A stretch of 63,935 bases of DNA, the filler included, from Myxococcota bacterium (lineage in GTDB: Bacteria; Myxococcota_C; UBA6777), in NCBI GenBank assembly GCA_023150835.1. It is 3 parts of 3 records of this genome, joined end to end, with 100 filler letters (N's around TTAATTAATTAA, not from the genome) between each part and the next. Parts side by side here need not be neighbours in the genome. Positions count along the whole stretch, not along the records: positions 50,886 to 63,935 come from JAKLKB010000162.1; 2 more parts are not named here. One strand, written 5' to 3'. The first letter of the stretch is position 1. Each line of letters begins with the position of its first letter. The position numbers were made by a program, and so were the translations under genes. The notes beneath the pieces are model-generated. The model was not told where the DNA came from. It saw nothing but the letters and a program-made list of their open reading frames with translations, and did no database searches. Below are positions 55,288 to 63,819 of this stretch, piece by piece.

Positions 55288-58146
55288 TTAGTTGCAAGCG
55301 GTGACGATGCAAGTTTTGTCGATGCAAACGCCGCCACGGGTGGTACATTCTTGTTCTTTGGCGGAGCCGACACAATCGCCGACGTTTCCGATGGAGATCT
55401 CGCGGCATTGGCCGTAAGCGCAGGAAGAGGTTTTGCAGCGGAGTCGGTCGGTGACTTGGCAGATCTCGAGGCAGGCTCCACGGCTAGGTTCGCTGGCACT
55501 TGCGGGCAAGCAGAGATGTTTGTTGAGTCCGTATTTTTTGCAGTCGACGTTGTCTTTGATGGTTTTGCCATCGACACCGGGGAGGAGTTGACATTCGACT
55601 TGGCAAGTGCGTTTTTGGCCGATAAAGGGGGCGCGAGCGCAGATGATGGGTTTGCTGTCTTGTTGTGCGAGACAATCGTCGAAGTCGGGAGCGCCTGTGC
55701 TGCCGAGGCAGTTTTCACCGAGTTTTTTGGTCTGTGGGGGGACGACGCGGCAGACGCCGCCGCCGTTGGTGAGGGTGAGGCAGCTTGCGCCTTTGCATTG
55801 GGGGTTTTCGATGGCGCCGGGGTCGCAGTTGGGAGAGCAAAGAGGGCCAGCAGTAGAATCGCTGGAGAAGAGGATGCAGATCATGCCATCTTTGCAGGCT
55901 TTTCCGGCTTGGTCGCAACGGTCGCCGTAGTCGAGGACTTTTTGGCCGCCTTGATCGATGCAAGCGCCGTCGCCTGTGAGGCCGTTGGCGTTGCTGAGGA
56001 CGACGCAGCGTTTGCTTGCGCCGTCGGTGCAGATATCGTTGTCCCAGTCGCCGTTGGCGGGTTTACTGGTGCAGGGATCGCATTTTCGGTAGCAAGTAGC
56101 GCGGACGCCTGTGTTGAGGCAAACGTAGCCGTCTTTGCAGGAAGCTCCGTTGATGGGGTCAGAGCCACAATCTTGGCCGCCGCCGAGGGTTTTGGGTCGA
56201 TTGGGTAGGCAAGCGCCGTCATAGGAAACGCCGTTGATGATGGTGGAGCCGGAGAGTTGGACGCAAGCACCTCCGCTGCATTGGTCTTTGTTATTGCCTT
56301 CTGCGTCGCTTTTGCAGGTTTGGCAGCGAGAGAGACAGAATGCGCCTGGGTCACCGAAGTTGACGCAGATCAAACCTTCACCACAGCTGGGGCCTGTGTC
56401 GCAGCGTTCGCCAGCTTTGGCGATTTTACGGCAGAAGGCAAAGGCGAAGGTAGAGGAGGGTTTTTCGCATTTGTCGCCAGCGCTACACTCGGGGTTGTTG
56501 TCCTTGCCTTTGTTTTCGTCGCACTGTTTAACACAGAAAGAAGTGGTTTCGGTGAAGGAAACACAACGAAGCGACTTGGTTTGATCACAGCGCATATTGC
56601 TGGTGTTGCAGACTTTTCCGACTTCGGTGACGGAGGCGGGTGGCAAGCAGAGTCCTTCGGTGGCTCCGAAGGCGATGGCGCAGGATTCACCGCCTGCTTT
56701 GTCGCAAACGGTGTCCGCATTGTCACGGGTACACTTGCGCTTGCAAGTGCCTTCATCGCAGACAAGGCCAGAGAGGCAGTTGGTTTCGGTGGCTTGGGCG
56801 CTACAGACTTCAAAGTTGCAGCGAGGGCCGGGGTCGACTTTGGGGAGGCAGAAGGAGGAGGTGGTGTTGAGGGGGGTGCAGACGGTAGGGCTTTGGCAGT
56901 CGAAGAGGTTGGCGCAGCGTTTTCGGCAGAAGCCAGCGGTGCGTTCGATATCGGAGACGATACAGCTAAGGTTTTGTGTAGTGTCACAAAATTCTTGAAC
57001 GGTGGCGTCGCAAGTTTGGTCAGCCCCTTTGACAAGGCCGCAGATCTTGGATTTTCCTGCGCCTTGGTCGAGGCATTTTTCGTTGCTGCCGCAGTCGGAG
57101 TTTTGGGAGCAAGGGGTGTAGCAATAGCCGCGATCTTCGATGCCGTTGACGACACAAGCGAGGCCGAGGTCGCAAGCGGTGACGGTGGAGGTGGTACCTT
57201 TGCAAAGAGCGCCTCTACGGAGTCCTTCGGGGTAGCAGATCTTGCGTTTTTGGGCATCTTTGGGGACGTCGGTGCAGAACTCGATGCCGCAGTCGGAGTC
57301 GGCGTTGCAGGTGCGTTCACAAAAGCCCGATGTGGGGGGATCAGTGGAGACACAGGTGAGTCCGGTTTGGCAGGCTTTGGTGGCTCCACCGGAGATGGAG
57401 CATTGGGCTTTGAGGGGGAGTTTGGTGGCGTCGCAGGCTTTTTTGCCTTGGAATTCTTCGCACTTGACGTTGGAGCCGCAGTCCCCATCGGCGTTGCAGG
57501 TTTTGAGGCAGTAGCCGTTTCCGCTCAAGCCGTTGAGGATGCAGACAAGTCCGGGTTGACAGGGCTTGGTTTCGCTGCCGAATTTGCAGAGGCCGCCGAA
57601 GGGGATATCGGTGGAGCCTTCGACGATATCTTTGGGATCGGTGGAGGTTTTGCAGCGGTCGATGCCGGTTTTGTCTTTGTAGCAGAAGGCTTGTTTGTTG
57701 AGGCCGAGTTCAAGGCAAGAAGCGCCGTTGACGCAGGATTTGGCGGGGGTATCGCCGTTTTTGCAGAGACCACCGATAGCGACGAGCGGGCCGCCCGTGG
57801 TGGTTTGTCCGCCGCATCCGTTTTTCAGACAGCCGGGAGGGCAATCGGGGTTGATGTTTTCGGGGGTGGGTTCGGGTTGTGGGCCATCGATGTCTTTTTC
57901 GGTGTTGATCTCGCTACCATCGGAGTTGGTTTCGGAGTTGGTTTCGGAGGGATTTTTTTCGATATCGCCTTCAACGGAGCCGTCGTTGTCAGGGACGCAT
58001 TGTTTGTCGGCGGAGCAGCGTTGACCAGAGGGGCAGGGTTTGCTGTCGTTGCAGAGTTCGTTGGGGCAGCCTTGGAGCCAAGGGGAGGCAGAGAGCAACA
58101 AAAGGAGAGAAAGTGGCGCGAGAGCGCGCACAAAGAATCGGTTCAT
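55288..58146 (-). CDS. Large Cys-rich repeat lipoprotein
   Basis: Lipobox LQGC, acidic linker, many C-x3-[LY]-x-C...C-x3-C modules. Confidence 0.9.
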   Translation of the reverse strand: MNRFFVRALAPLSLLLLLSASPWLQGCPNELCNDSKPCPSGQRCSADKQCVPDNDGSVEGDIEKNPSETNSETNSDGSEINTEKDIDGPQPEPTPENINPDCPPGCLKNGCGGQTTTGGPLVAIGGLCKNGDTPAKSCVNGASCLELGLNKQAFCYKDKTGIDRCKTSTDPKDIVEGSTDIPFGGLCKFGSETKPCQPGLVCILNGLSGNGYCLKTCNADGDCGSNVKCEEFQGKKACDATKLPLKAQCSISGGATKACQTGLTCVSTDPPTSGFCERTCNADSDCGIEFCTDVPKDAQKRKICYPEGLRRGALCKGTTSTVTACDLGLACVVNGIEDRGYCYTPCSQNSDCGSNEKCLDQGAGKSKICGLVKGADQTCDATVQEFCDTTQNLSCIVSDIERTAGFCRKRCANLFDCQSPTVCTPLNTTSSFCLPKVDPGPRCNFEVCSAQATETNCLSGLVCDEGTCKRKCTRDNADTVCDKAGGESCAIAFGATEGLCLPPASVTEVGKVCNTSNMRCDQTKSLRCVSFTETTSFCVKQCDENKGKDNNPECSAGDKCEKPSSTFAFAFCRKIAKAGERCDTGPSCGEGLICVNFGDPGAFCLSRCQTCKSDAEGNNKDQCSGGACVQLSGSTIINGVSYDGACLPNRPKTLGGGQDCGSDPINGASCKDGYVCLNTGVRATCYRKCDPCTSKPANGDWDNDICTDGASKRCVVLSNANGLTGDGACIDQGGQKVLDYGDRCDQAGKACKDGMICILFSSDSTAGPLCSPNCDPGAIENPQCKGASCLTLTNGGGVCRVVPPQTKKLGENCLGSTGAPDFDDCLAQQDSKPIICARAPFIGQKRTCQVECQLLPGVDGKTIKDNVDCKKYGLNKHLCLPASASEPSRGACLEICQVTDRLRCKTSSCAYGQCREISIGNVGDCVGSAKEQECTTRGGVCIDKTCIVTACN

Positions 58147-58247
58147 GCCAAAGTCCTATGCTTTTTGGGAAGGAGCGTAAAGACATTCCTTTGTGAAAAG
58201 AGACGAACACAATGTTATCTGTGTAGCAGGATCGCGTGAGGGTGATC

Positions 58248-58262
58248 GTTCAAAGATTGAAC
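58248..58262. promoter_or_regulatory. Palindromic putative TF site GTTCAA-AGA-TTGAAC (copy 3)
   Basis: Identical 15-mer 102 bp upstream of the 58146 start. Confidence 0.7.
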
Positions 58263-58373
58263 CCGCAAACCACGCAACAAGGTACGGCTTGTGATGCGAC
58301 CGCGCATCGTTAGCACAAGCAAGGGGAGAGCGTCAAGCTTTCGATACGAGCAAAAGGGAAGGCACAGGAAAGG

Positions 58374-59408
58374 TTAGAGGCCGAGGCTTTGGGTGTAGAG
58401 TGTGCGGGCTTCGGAGGGGTCATCGGTGCCGTGGCAGAGGGCGCGGCCATCGGGGAAAAGGTGGAGGGTGAGGTGATGGTGTTGGATGCGGAGGATGTCG
58501 GGGTTTGCGCGGATGGAGTCGAAGGCATCGAGGCGTTTGGCAAGGGCGGGGAGATCGAGAGAGAGGGGAGAAGGGGGGCGGATTTGGACGGTGTTTCGCC
58601 CACAGAGTCGGAGGGTTTGAGAAGTGGATTGTCCCGAGAGGTAGGGGGTTTGGTGTAGTTGGCAAGTGGGGCATTGTGGGCGGGGTTGGGTGTGTCGGAT
58701 GGGGAGGAAGCGGTGTTCCCAGAGGTCGACGTGAAGGATGCCACGAAGGCAGTCGTGGGAGTGTTGGGTGAGGATCTTGAGGGCTTCGGTGGATTGGAGT
58801 GCGGCGATGGTGGCGACGATGGGTGCGATCACGCCGTTGGTTTCGCAGGTTTGGCGATGTTCGGGATCGAGATGTTGAGGGAAGAGACAGGCAAAGCAGG
58901 GGCCTTGGGAGGGGAGGAAGGTGGCGACTTGGCCGTGAGCGCCGACACAAGCGCCGTATATCCAAGGTTTTTGATAAAGTAGACAGGCTTCGTTGAGAAG
59001 ATAGCGGGTTTCCATATTGTCGGTGCCATCGAGGAGGAGGTCGGCGCGTTGGACGATATCGTGGATGTTGTGGTGATCGAGGTCGAGGGTGAGGGGTTCG
59101 GTGTGGATGGTGTGGTTGATCTGTGCGATGCGTTGGGCAGCAGCGAGGGCTTTGGGTATTTCGGCGAGGGTTTGGGCTTCATCGTAGAGGGCTTGGCGTT
59201 GGAGGTTGCTCCATGTGAGGATATCGCGATCGATGAGGAGGAGGCGGCCAACGCCAGCGCGGGCGAGTGTTTCGGCTTGGTGACTACCGAGGGCTCCGCA
59301 TCCGATGATGGCGACGGTGGCTTGTTGGAGTGCGGATTGGCCGAGCGTTCCGATCGAGGGGAAGCGGACTTGGCGGGAGTATCGGTCGTTGGGAGTAAAA
59401 GGGTTCAT
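58374..59408 (-). CDS. ThiF/MoeB family adenylyltransferase
   Basis: RYSRQ, IIGCGALG, SNLQRQ, DGTDN, PCFACL, TCETNGV, PQCPTC; AAGGAG RBS. Confidence 0.92.
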   Translation of the reverse strand: MNPFTPNDRYSRQVRFPSIGTLGQSALQQATVAIIGCGALGSHQAETLARAGVGRLLLIDRDILTWSNLQRQALYDEAQTLAEIPKALAAAQRIAQINHTIHTEPLTLDLDHHNIHDIVQRADLLLDGTDNMETRYLLNEACLLYQKPWIYGACVGAHGQVATFLPSQGPCFACLFPQHLDPEHRQTCETNGVIAPIVATIAALQSTEALKILTQHSHDCLRGILHVDLWEHRFLPIRHTQPRPQCPTCQLHQTPYLSGQSTSQTLRLCGRNTVQIRPPSPLSLDLPALAKRLDAFDSIRANPDILRIQHHHLTLHLFPDGRALCHGTDDPSEARTLYTQSLGL

Positions 59409-59581
59409 GAAGTGGACTCCTTGGGAGGGAGGGTTGCGCCGAGGTCGAAAGCGGAGTAGGGTGGGGCGATCTGACCCGCAGAGCGGTCTTGTGGGGCGAA
59501 GTGAGCGTAGAAGCGACTGTGCAAACGGATGTAGAAGATATCGTGCGAGTTGAAACGTTTCGTGAGAGAGAAGGCCGCCAA

Positions 59582-60247
59582 ATGAGCGATGTGGAGGATG
59601 CGGTGATGTCGCGGTTTCCGCGTTATGTTGTGGTGGAAGGTCCGATCGGGGTGGGGAAAACGACCTTGGTGGAGCAGCTGAGGTCGCATCTTGGGGCGCG
59701 TGTGATCTTGGAACAATTTGAAGAGAATCCTTTTTTGGCGGATTTTTATCGGGATCGTGCGCGGTATGCGTTTCAAACAGAGCTTTATTTTTTGTTGAGT
59801 CGTTTTCGACAGCAAGAAGCGTTTCAGCAAGAAGATCTGTTTCATCAGCATACGGTGAGCGATTATTTTTTTCACAAGTGTCGGTTGTTTGCGAGTATCA
59901 ATTTAAGCGATCACGAGTTGGCGTTGTTTGATCATATCTATCAGATCTTGCGCCGTTCGATTCCGCAGCCTGATCTGGTGATCCATCTGCATGCGCCTGT
60001 GGATATCTTGTCTCAGCGTATCTTGCAGCGTGATCGCAGTTATGAACGCGAGATGGATCTTGCGTATCTTGAGCAGCTTTCGCAACTGTATACCCAAGAG
60101 TTGAGCCACGCGCATGATATCCCTGTGCTTTCGTTGGACACGAGCTTTGTGGACTTTCGGCGTTCCGAGAACGTGCAGATCTTGATGGAACAGATCCAAT
60201 CGGGAAAACGGGGGCGCTTGGAGGTGGGGGGCTTTTTGCTGTCTTGA
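59582..60247 (+). CDS. Deoxynucleoside kinase
   Basis: VVEGPIGVGKTT P-loop, ENPFLADFY, FQTELYFLLSR, PDLVIHL, RILQRDRSYE. Confidence 0.92.
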   Translation: MSDVEDAVMSRFPRYVVVEGPIGVGKTTLVEQLRSHLGARVILEQFEENPFLADFYRDRARYAFQTELYFLLSRFRQQEAFQQEDLFHQHTVSDYFFHKCRLFASINLSDHELALFDHIYQILRRSIPQPDLVIHLHAPVDILSQRILQRDRSYEREMDLAYLEQLSQLYTQELSHAHDIPVLSLDTSFVDFRRSENVQILMEQIQSGKRGRLEVGGFLLS

Positions 60248-60370
60248 GCGGCAGAAGAAGCACCTTGCAAGACCGTTGCGATCTGGCGCATGAAGAGGCT
60301 TTCTGCTGTCTTGAGCGGTGGTTGGCCTGTTTGGATCTCTGTGGGTGTGTTTGAGCGGTGGTGGGTGTGC

Positions 60371-60399
60371 TTGACGGCGGCGCGGGGGTCGATTAAAGT
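60371..60399 (+). promoter_or_regulatory. Putative sigma70 promoter
   Basis: TTGACG-N17-TAAAGT followed by a GC-rich discriminator. Confidence 0.6.
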
Positions 60400-60493
60400 C
60401 CGCGCCATCTGTGTTTCGCGAGCATCTCGTTGGCCGTCGTATGGCCTTTTGGAGCAGATGCTTGCGTTGTTGTTGCGAAGGAGTCAATACAGG

Positions 60494-61069
60494 ATGTCCA
60501 AGAAGCCCTTGAATACGTGGTTTGTGGTGATTGCGCTTCTAGTGATAGGGGTGGCGGGTCGAGTGTTGCCCCATCCACCGAACGTTGCGCCGATCGCGTC
60601 GGTGGCATTGTTTGCGGGTTTTTATTTTTCGCATCGTGGGACAGCGGCGTTGTTGGCGTTGTGTGCGATGTTGGTGAGTGATCTGTTTTTGGGTGTGTAC
60701 GATATCCGCCTTGCAGCGGTGGTGTATGCGGCCTTTGTGTTGCCGGTGGTGTGGGGGCCTTGGTTGCGTGGTGAAGCGCAAGTCCCCGCAGGTCTCGCTT
60801 GGCTCAAGCCGTTTGTGGGTGGGTTGCGTGTTCTTGGCGCTGCGCTCGCAGGTTCGGTTGCGTTCTTTGTGTTGAGCAATTTTGCGGTATGGTTGTTTGG
60901 CAGCCATTATCCGCACAATGCAGCGGGTTTGGTGGCTTGTTATGTGGCCGCGTTGCCGTTTTTCCATTACACGGTCTTGGGTGATCTGGCCTATACTTCG
61001 GTGATCTTTGGCGGTTATGCCTTGGCGAGCGCCGCGTTTCAAACGGAAACTCGCCCGCTGTCTGCGTAA
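60494..61069 (+). CDS. DUF6580-like putative transport membrane protein (ECF S-component-like)
   Basis: RVLPHPPNVAPIASVALFAG, SDLFLG, FFVLSNFAVW, CYVAALPFF, GDLAY. Confidence 0.8.
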   Translation: MSKKPLNTWFVVIALLVIGVAGRVLPHPPNVAPIASVALFAGFYFSHRGTAALLALCAMLVSDLFLGVYDIRLAAVVYAAFVLPVVWGPWLRGEAQVPAGLAWLKPFVGGLRVLGAALAGSVAFFVLSNFAVWLFGSHYPHNAAGLVACYVAALPFFHYTVLGDLAYTSVIFGGYALASAAFQTETRPLSA

Positions 61070-61284
61070 TCTCTGTTTTTTTCTGTGGACTTTAGAATAA
61101 AAAGCCTTGGGTTCTGTTCCAAGGCTGCACAAAGTTCCCGCTGTGGGAATATTCTTCCTCCCGAGCCGTTTTTGGGGGGTGCTGAGTCTGTCGTTTCCTG
61201 TGGGGGTTTCTCTGCTTTGAGCGCTCCAAGATCGTGGCGCAACAGTCAAAAGCGAGAGACCAAATCGAACAAAGGAGATTTCTG

Positions 61285-62268
61285 ATGAAGAACCTGCGCT
61301 TTTTGGGCCTGTTTTCGATGTTGTGCTTGTTGGCGCTTCCTGCTGCCGCACAAGCACAGGCGATTTATCTCAAGATCACCGTGAAAAAGGCGATGGTCTG
61401 GCCGGTTCGTGACAGTGGCAAGTGCTTTGACCCGTGTTTGGGGAAAAAGTTTAAACTCCCTGCACGCGACAAAAGCCCCGAAGATTTTATGAAATATATG
61501 GAAAACGATGAATTCCGCAAAGCTTGTACTTCGCCGAAAGTGGGCGGTTGGACGCCCGATCCGTTGGTGGAGATCAAGATCGGTGAGTACGGCAAATTCA
61601 CCACCGACAAGAAAGACAACACCTGCCTTCCTGAATGGAATGTGAGCCACATCTTTCGTGTTGCACCCGGCGACAAGTTCAGCCTTGCCGTGTACGACAA
61701 CGACGGTGCAGCGGGTGTGCAAGCCAAGCGCGATCTGATGGGCCTTTATGAAGCCGGTCAAGTACCCGCTGAGTTGATGAACGGTGGAACGCTGGTGTTG
61801 AAACGCTTTGGTCAAGTCGAAGGCGTCGTGCTTTCGGCAGAAAGAGTGGCCGCTCCTGCGCCTGCGGAAGCTGCTTGTTCGGGCGTTTACGAAGCACGCA
61901 TCGTTGAAGTCGAAGTCGAGTCCACCAAAGCCGATGGCAGGACTTGGGATCGCAACTTTGGCAAATACAAACTGCCTGATCTTGTCGTCGAATTGTCCGT
62001 AGGCAACGACAAAGTCACCACCCCCAAAGCCGATAACGTGACTTCTGCCAAATTTGACAACACGAAGATGGACGTTGCTGTCAGTAAAGGTATGTCAGTT
62101 CGCATCATGGTCAAGGATATGGACCCCGGCAACAAGTTTGAAGAGATCGGTCAAACAGCCTTTGCCGATGTCTGCGAGCTTTTGAACAAAGCCCAAGACG
62201 GCATCTATACGTTTCCTGCCTTTGGTCGTGTCAAGAAAGTCGTTGTGATCTTTCGCAAGATCCGATAA
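61285..62268 (+). CDS. Secreted protein with two C2-like domains
   Basis: AAAGGAG RBS, signal peptide AQA; PDPLVEI..T....NT..PEWN..F..VYDND...DLMG and PDLVVEL..T...DN...F..VKDMD...EEIG. Confidence 0.75.
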   Translation: MKNLRFLGLFSMLCLLALPAAAQAQAIYLKITVKKAMVWPVRDSGKCFDPCLGKKFKLPARDKSPEDFMKYMENDEFRKACTSPKVGGWTPDPLVEIKIGEYGKFTTDKKDNTCLPEWNVSHIFRVAPGDKFSLAVYDNDGAAGVQAKRDLMGLYEAGQVPAELMNGGTLVLKRFGQVEGVVLSAERVAAPAPAEAACSGVYEARIVEVEVESTKADGRTWDRNFGKYKLPDLVVELSVGNDKVTTPKADNVTSAKFDNTKMDVAVSKGMSVRIMVKDMDPGNKFEEIGQTAFADVCELLNKAQDGIYTFPAFGRVKKVVVIFRKIR

Positions 62269-62397
62269 TACGAAATCCGCCCGTTGAGTTATCGTAAAGA
62301 GGTAGGGGCAGACAGGTGTGGTTGCCCAACAATTGGGCGTCTGCGTACTCTCCTTTGTGTGTACATCGTTCGGATCTCGTACGACTCGGATATCGTA
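62269..62397 (+). mobile_element. Repeat family A, copy 8 (right end duplicated)
   Basis: TACGAAATCCG...GTAGGGGCAGACAGGTGTGGTTGCCC...CGGATCTCGTA-CGACT-CGGATATCGTA; begins immediately after the stop codon. Confidence 0.85.
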
Positions 62398-62423
62398 TAA
62401 GAGCGAAAAAACGAAAGATTGTT

Positions 62424-63410
62424 CTATCGAGAAAGTGGGGTCGAAAAAGAGACCCACCGTTGGGGGTGGGAGGGCGTGGGATAAACAGAAGAGATCGCGT
62501 GTCGGTTGATTCTCAAGTGCGAAGGGAGGGGGGTTTGTAAGATCGTGCCAAACCCTGCGAACAGTTCACCTGTGTGTTTGCCGTAGATAATGCCTGCTTT
62601 TCGAGGATCGACGAGATAGCTGTTTGCGGTGGCGCGTTCGATGGCTTGGGGGGGGGCACAGGCCTGTTTCATGCGGTGGTGGGACCAACGGCATCCTTGG
62701 GAGCCGTAGCGTTTTTGGCAGGCGGCGTAGCGTGTACGTTGGGCTTGACAATTCGGATTATCGGGGATCTCCGATTGAGCAAGCAAGGGATCGATGTGGA
62801 CGCTTGGCTTGCTGAGGTGCATATACACGCGCTTGACTTTTCCGTCATAATGGAGGACGGCGATCCTTCCGTTGGTATCGATCTCTTCGACGATACCGAT
62901 GTGGGTCCACAGATCGTCAAGTAAGCCGTTGCGGTTTTTGTCGTAAGTGTAGTGCCAAAAGACAAGGTCGCCGAGGGCGGGCAGTTGGGCTTTATGGAAG
63001 GTTCCAAAAGCATCCACGAAGCGTTTGGTCAACAAGACGCCGTTGGCATCGTGCGGATCAGGGGGGCGCATCACGTCGAGGCGCATATGAGAATAGACAC
63101 AGCGCACCCATCCCGAGCAGTCTCGCCGCAATCGCATCCCCGCACCGCAGCGGATCCAACGCTTGCCGAGGCCGCTTTGGGCGATCGAGACGATCTGGCG
63201 ACGCAAGGCCCAAGTCTCCTCGTCAGCAGGACCCGGAGACATCGGTTGTTTGGGAGCTTCAGTAATAGGTTGCGAGGGCGGTGTGATCGAAGCGGAAGGT
63301 TGTGACGGAAGGGTTGGGGGAGGTGCTGCGCGGCGTTGGCTTTGATGCGCACAACCCACCAACCAAACAACGCTGAGCAAACAAAGAAGTTGTTTCATGT
63401 CTCGGCCCAT
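62424..63410 (-). CDS. NlpC/P60 (CHAP-like) cell-wall hydrolase lipoprotein
   Basis: Lipobox LVGC, DCSGWV catalytic Cys, GDLVFW, THIGIV. Confidence 0.8.
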   Translation of the reverse strand: MGRDMKQLLCLLSVVWLVGCAHQSQRRAAPPPTLPSQPSASITPPSQPITEAPKQPMSPGPADEETWALRRQIVSIAQSGLGKRWIRCGAGMRLRRDCSGWVRCVYSHMRLDVMRPPDPHDANGVLLTKRFVDAFGTFHKAQLPALGDLVFWHYTYDKNRNGLLDDLWTHIGIVEEIDTNGRIAVLHYDGKVKRVYMHLSKPSVHIDPLLAQSEIPDNPNCQAQRTRYAACQKRYGSQGCRWSHHRMKQACAPPQAIERATANSYLVDPRKAGIIYGKHTGELFAGFGTILQTPLPSHLRINRHAISSVYPTPSHPQRWVSFSTPLSR

Positions 63411-63595
63411 CCATCAATGAAGACACCACACAGAAGAATCCACCTCGCAGCGGCCTATCAAGATACATTCCAACCAACGAATCTGCCACGCCAAGCCATC
63501 CCTCGCAAATTTTGTGCGGAGAGATGGAGCAGATCGCCTCCGATGGATGGAGCAGTGATTATCCACCGAGGGTTGGGCTTGGGGTCTAGGGGGGC

Positions 63596-63760
63596 GGAGT
63601 TGCGCGGAGTTTCATAGAGGAGCGGCGCGGTCGACGAAACTCCCCGCGTTCGTGCGACTGGAAGCGACAGAATGGTTGGTTTGAAAAGCAGTGATCTTCT
63701 CGCCCCTCGCGGGGTCAAGGGAGCCGCGCTCTCTTGCGGGGTCTGGGGCAGCGCCCCATA
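63596..63760 (+). mobile_element. Repeat family B, diverged copy
   Basis: CCCCGCGTTCG...AAGCGACAGA...TTGAAAAGC...TCGCCCC...GGGGTCAAGG...CTTGCGGGGTCTGGGG...CCCCA. Confidence 0.7.
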
Positions 63761-63819
63761 CGCGCTAGGTTAAGGTGGAAACACCGGATAGTCTGGCCTG
63801 ATCGCCGTTTCTTTTTCTA

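Noticed and set aside
51421-58239. Long Gly/Ala-rich ORFs 51421-52968 (+), 53406-55136 (-) and 56257-58239 (+)
   Set aside because: Shadow frames overlapping the Cys-rich lipoprotein genes, which have RBS, lipobox and paralog support
60250-60493. Cobalamin riboswitch upstream of the DUF6580-like gene
   Set aside because: No GGGAA...CGGTG...AATCCG or B12-box consensus visible
10464-62397. Repeat families as CRISPR arrays or integron attC sites
   Set aside because: Copies are dispersed with no regular repeat-spacer period, no cas or intI gene is present, the ends lack RYYYAAC/GTTRRRY, and flanking genes are not uniformly oriented cassettes
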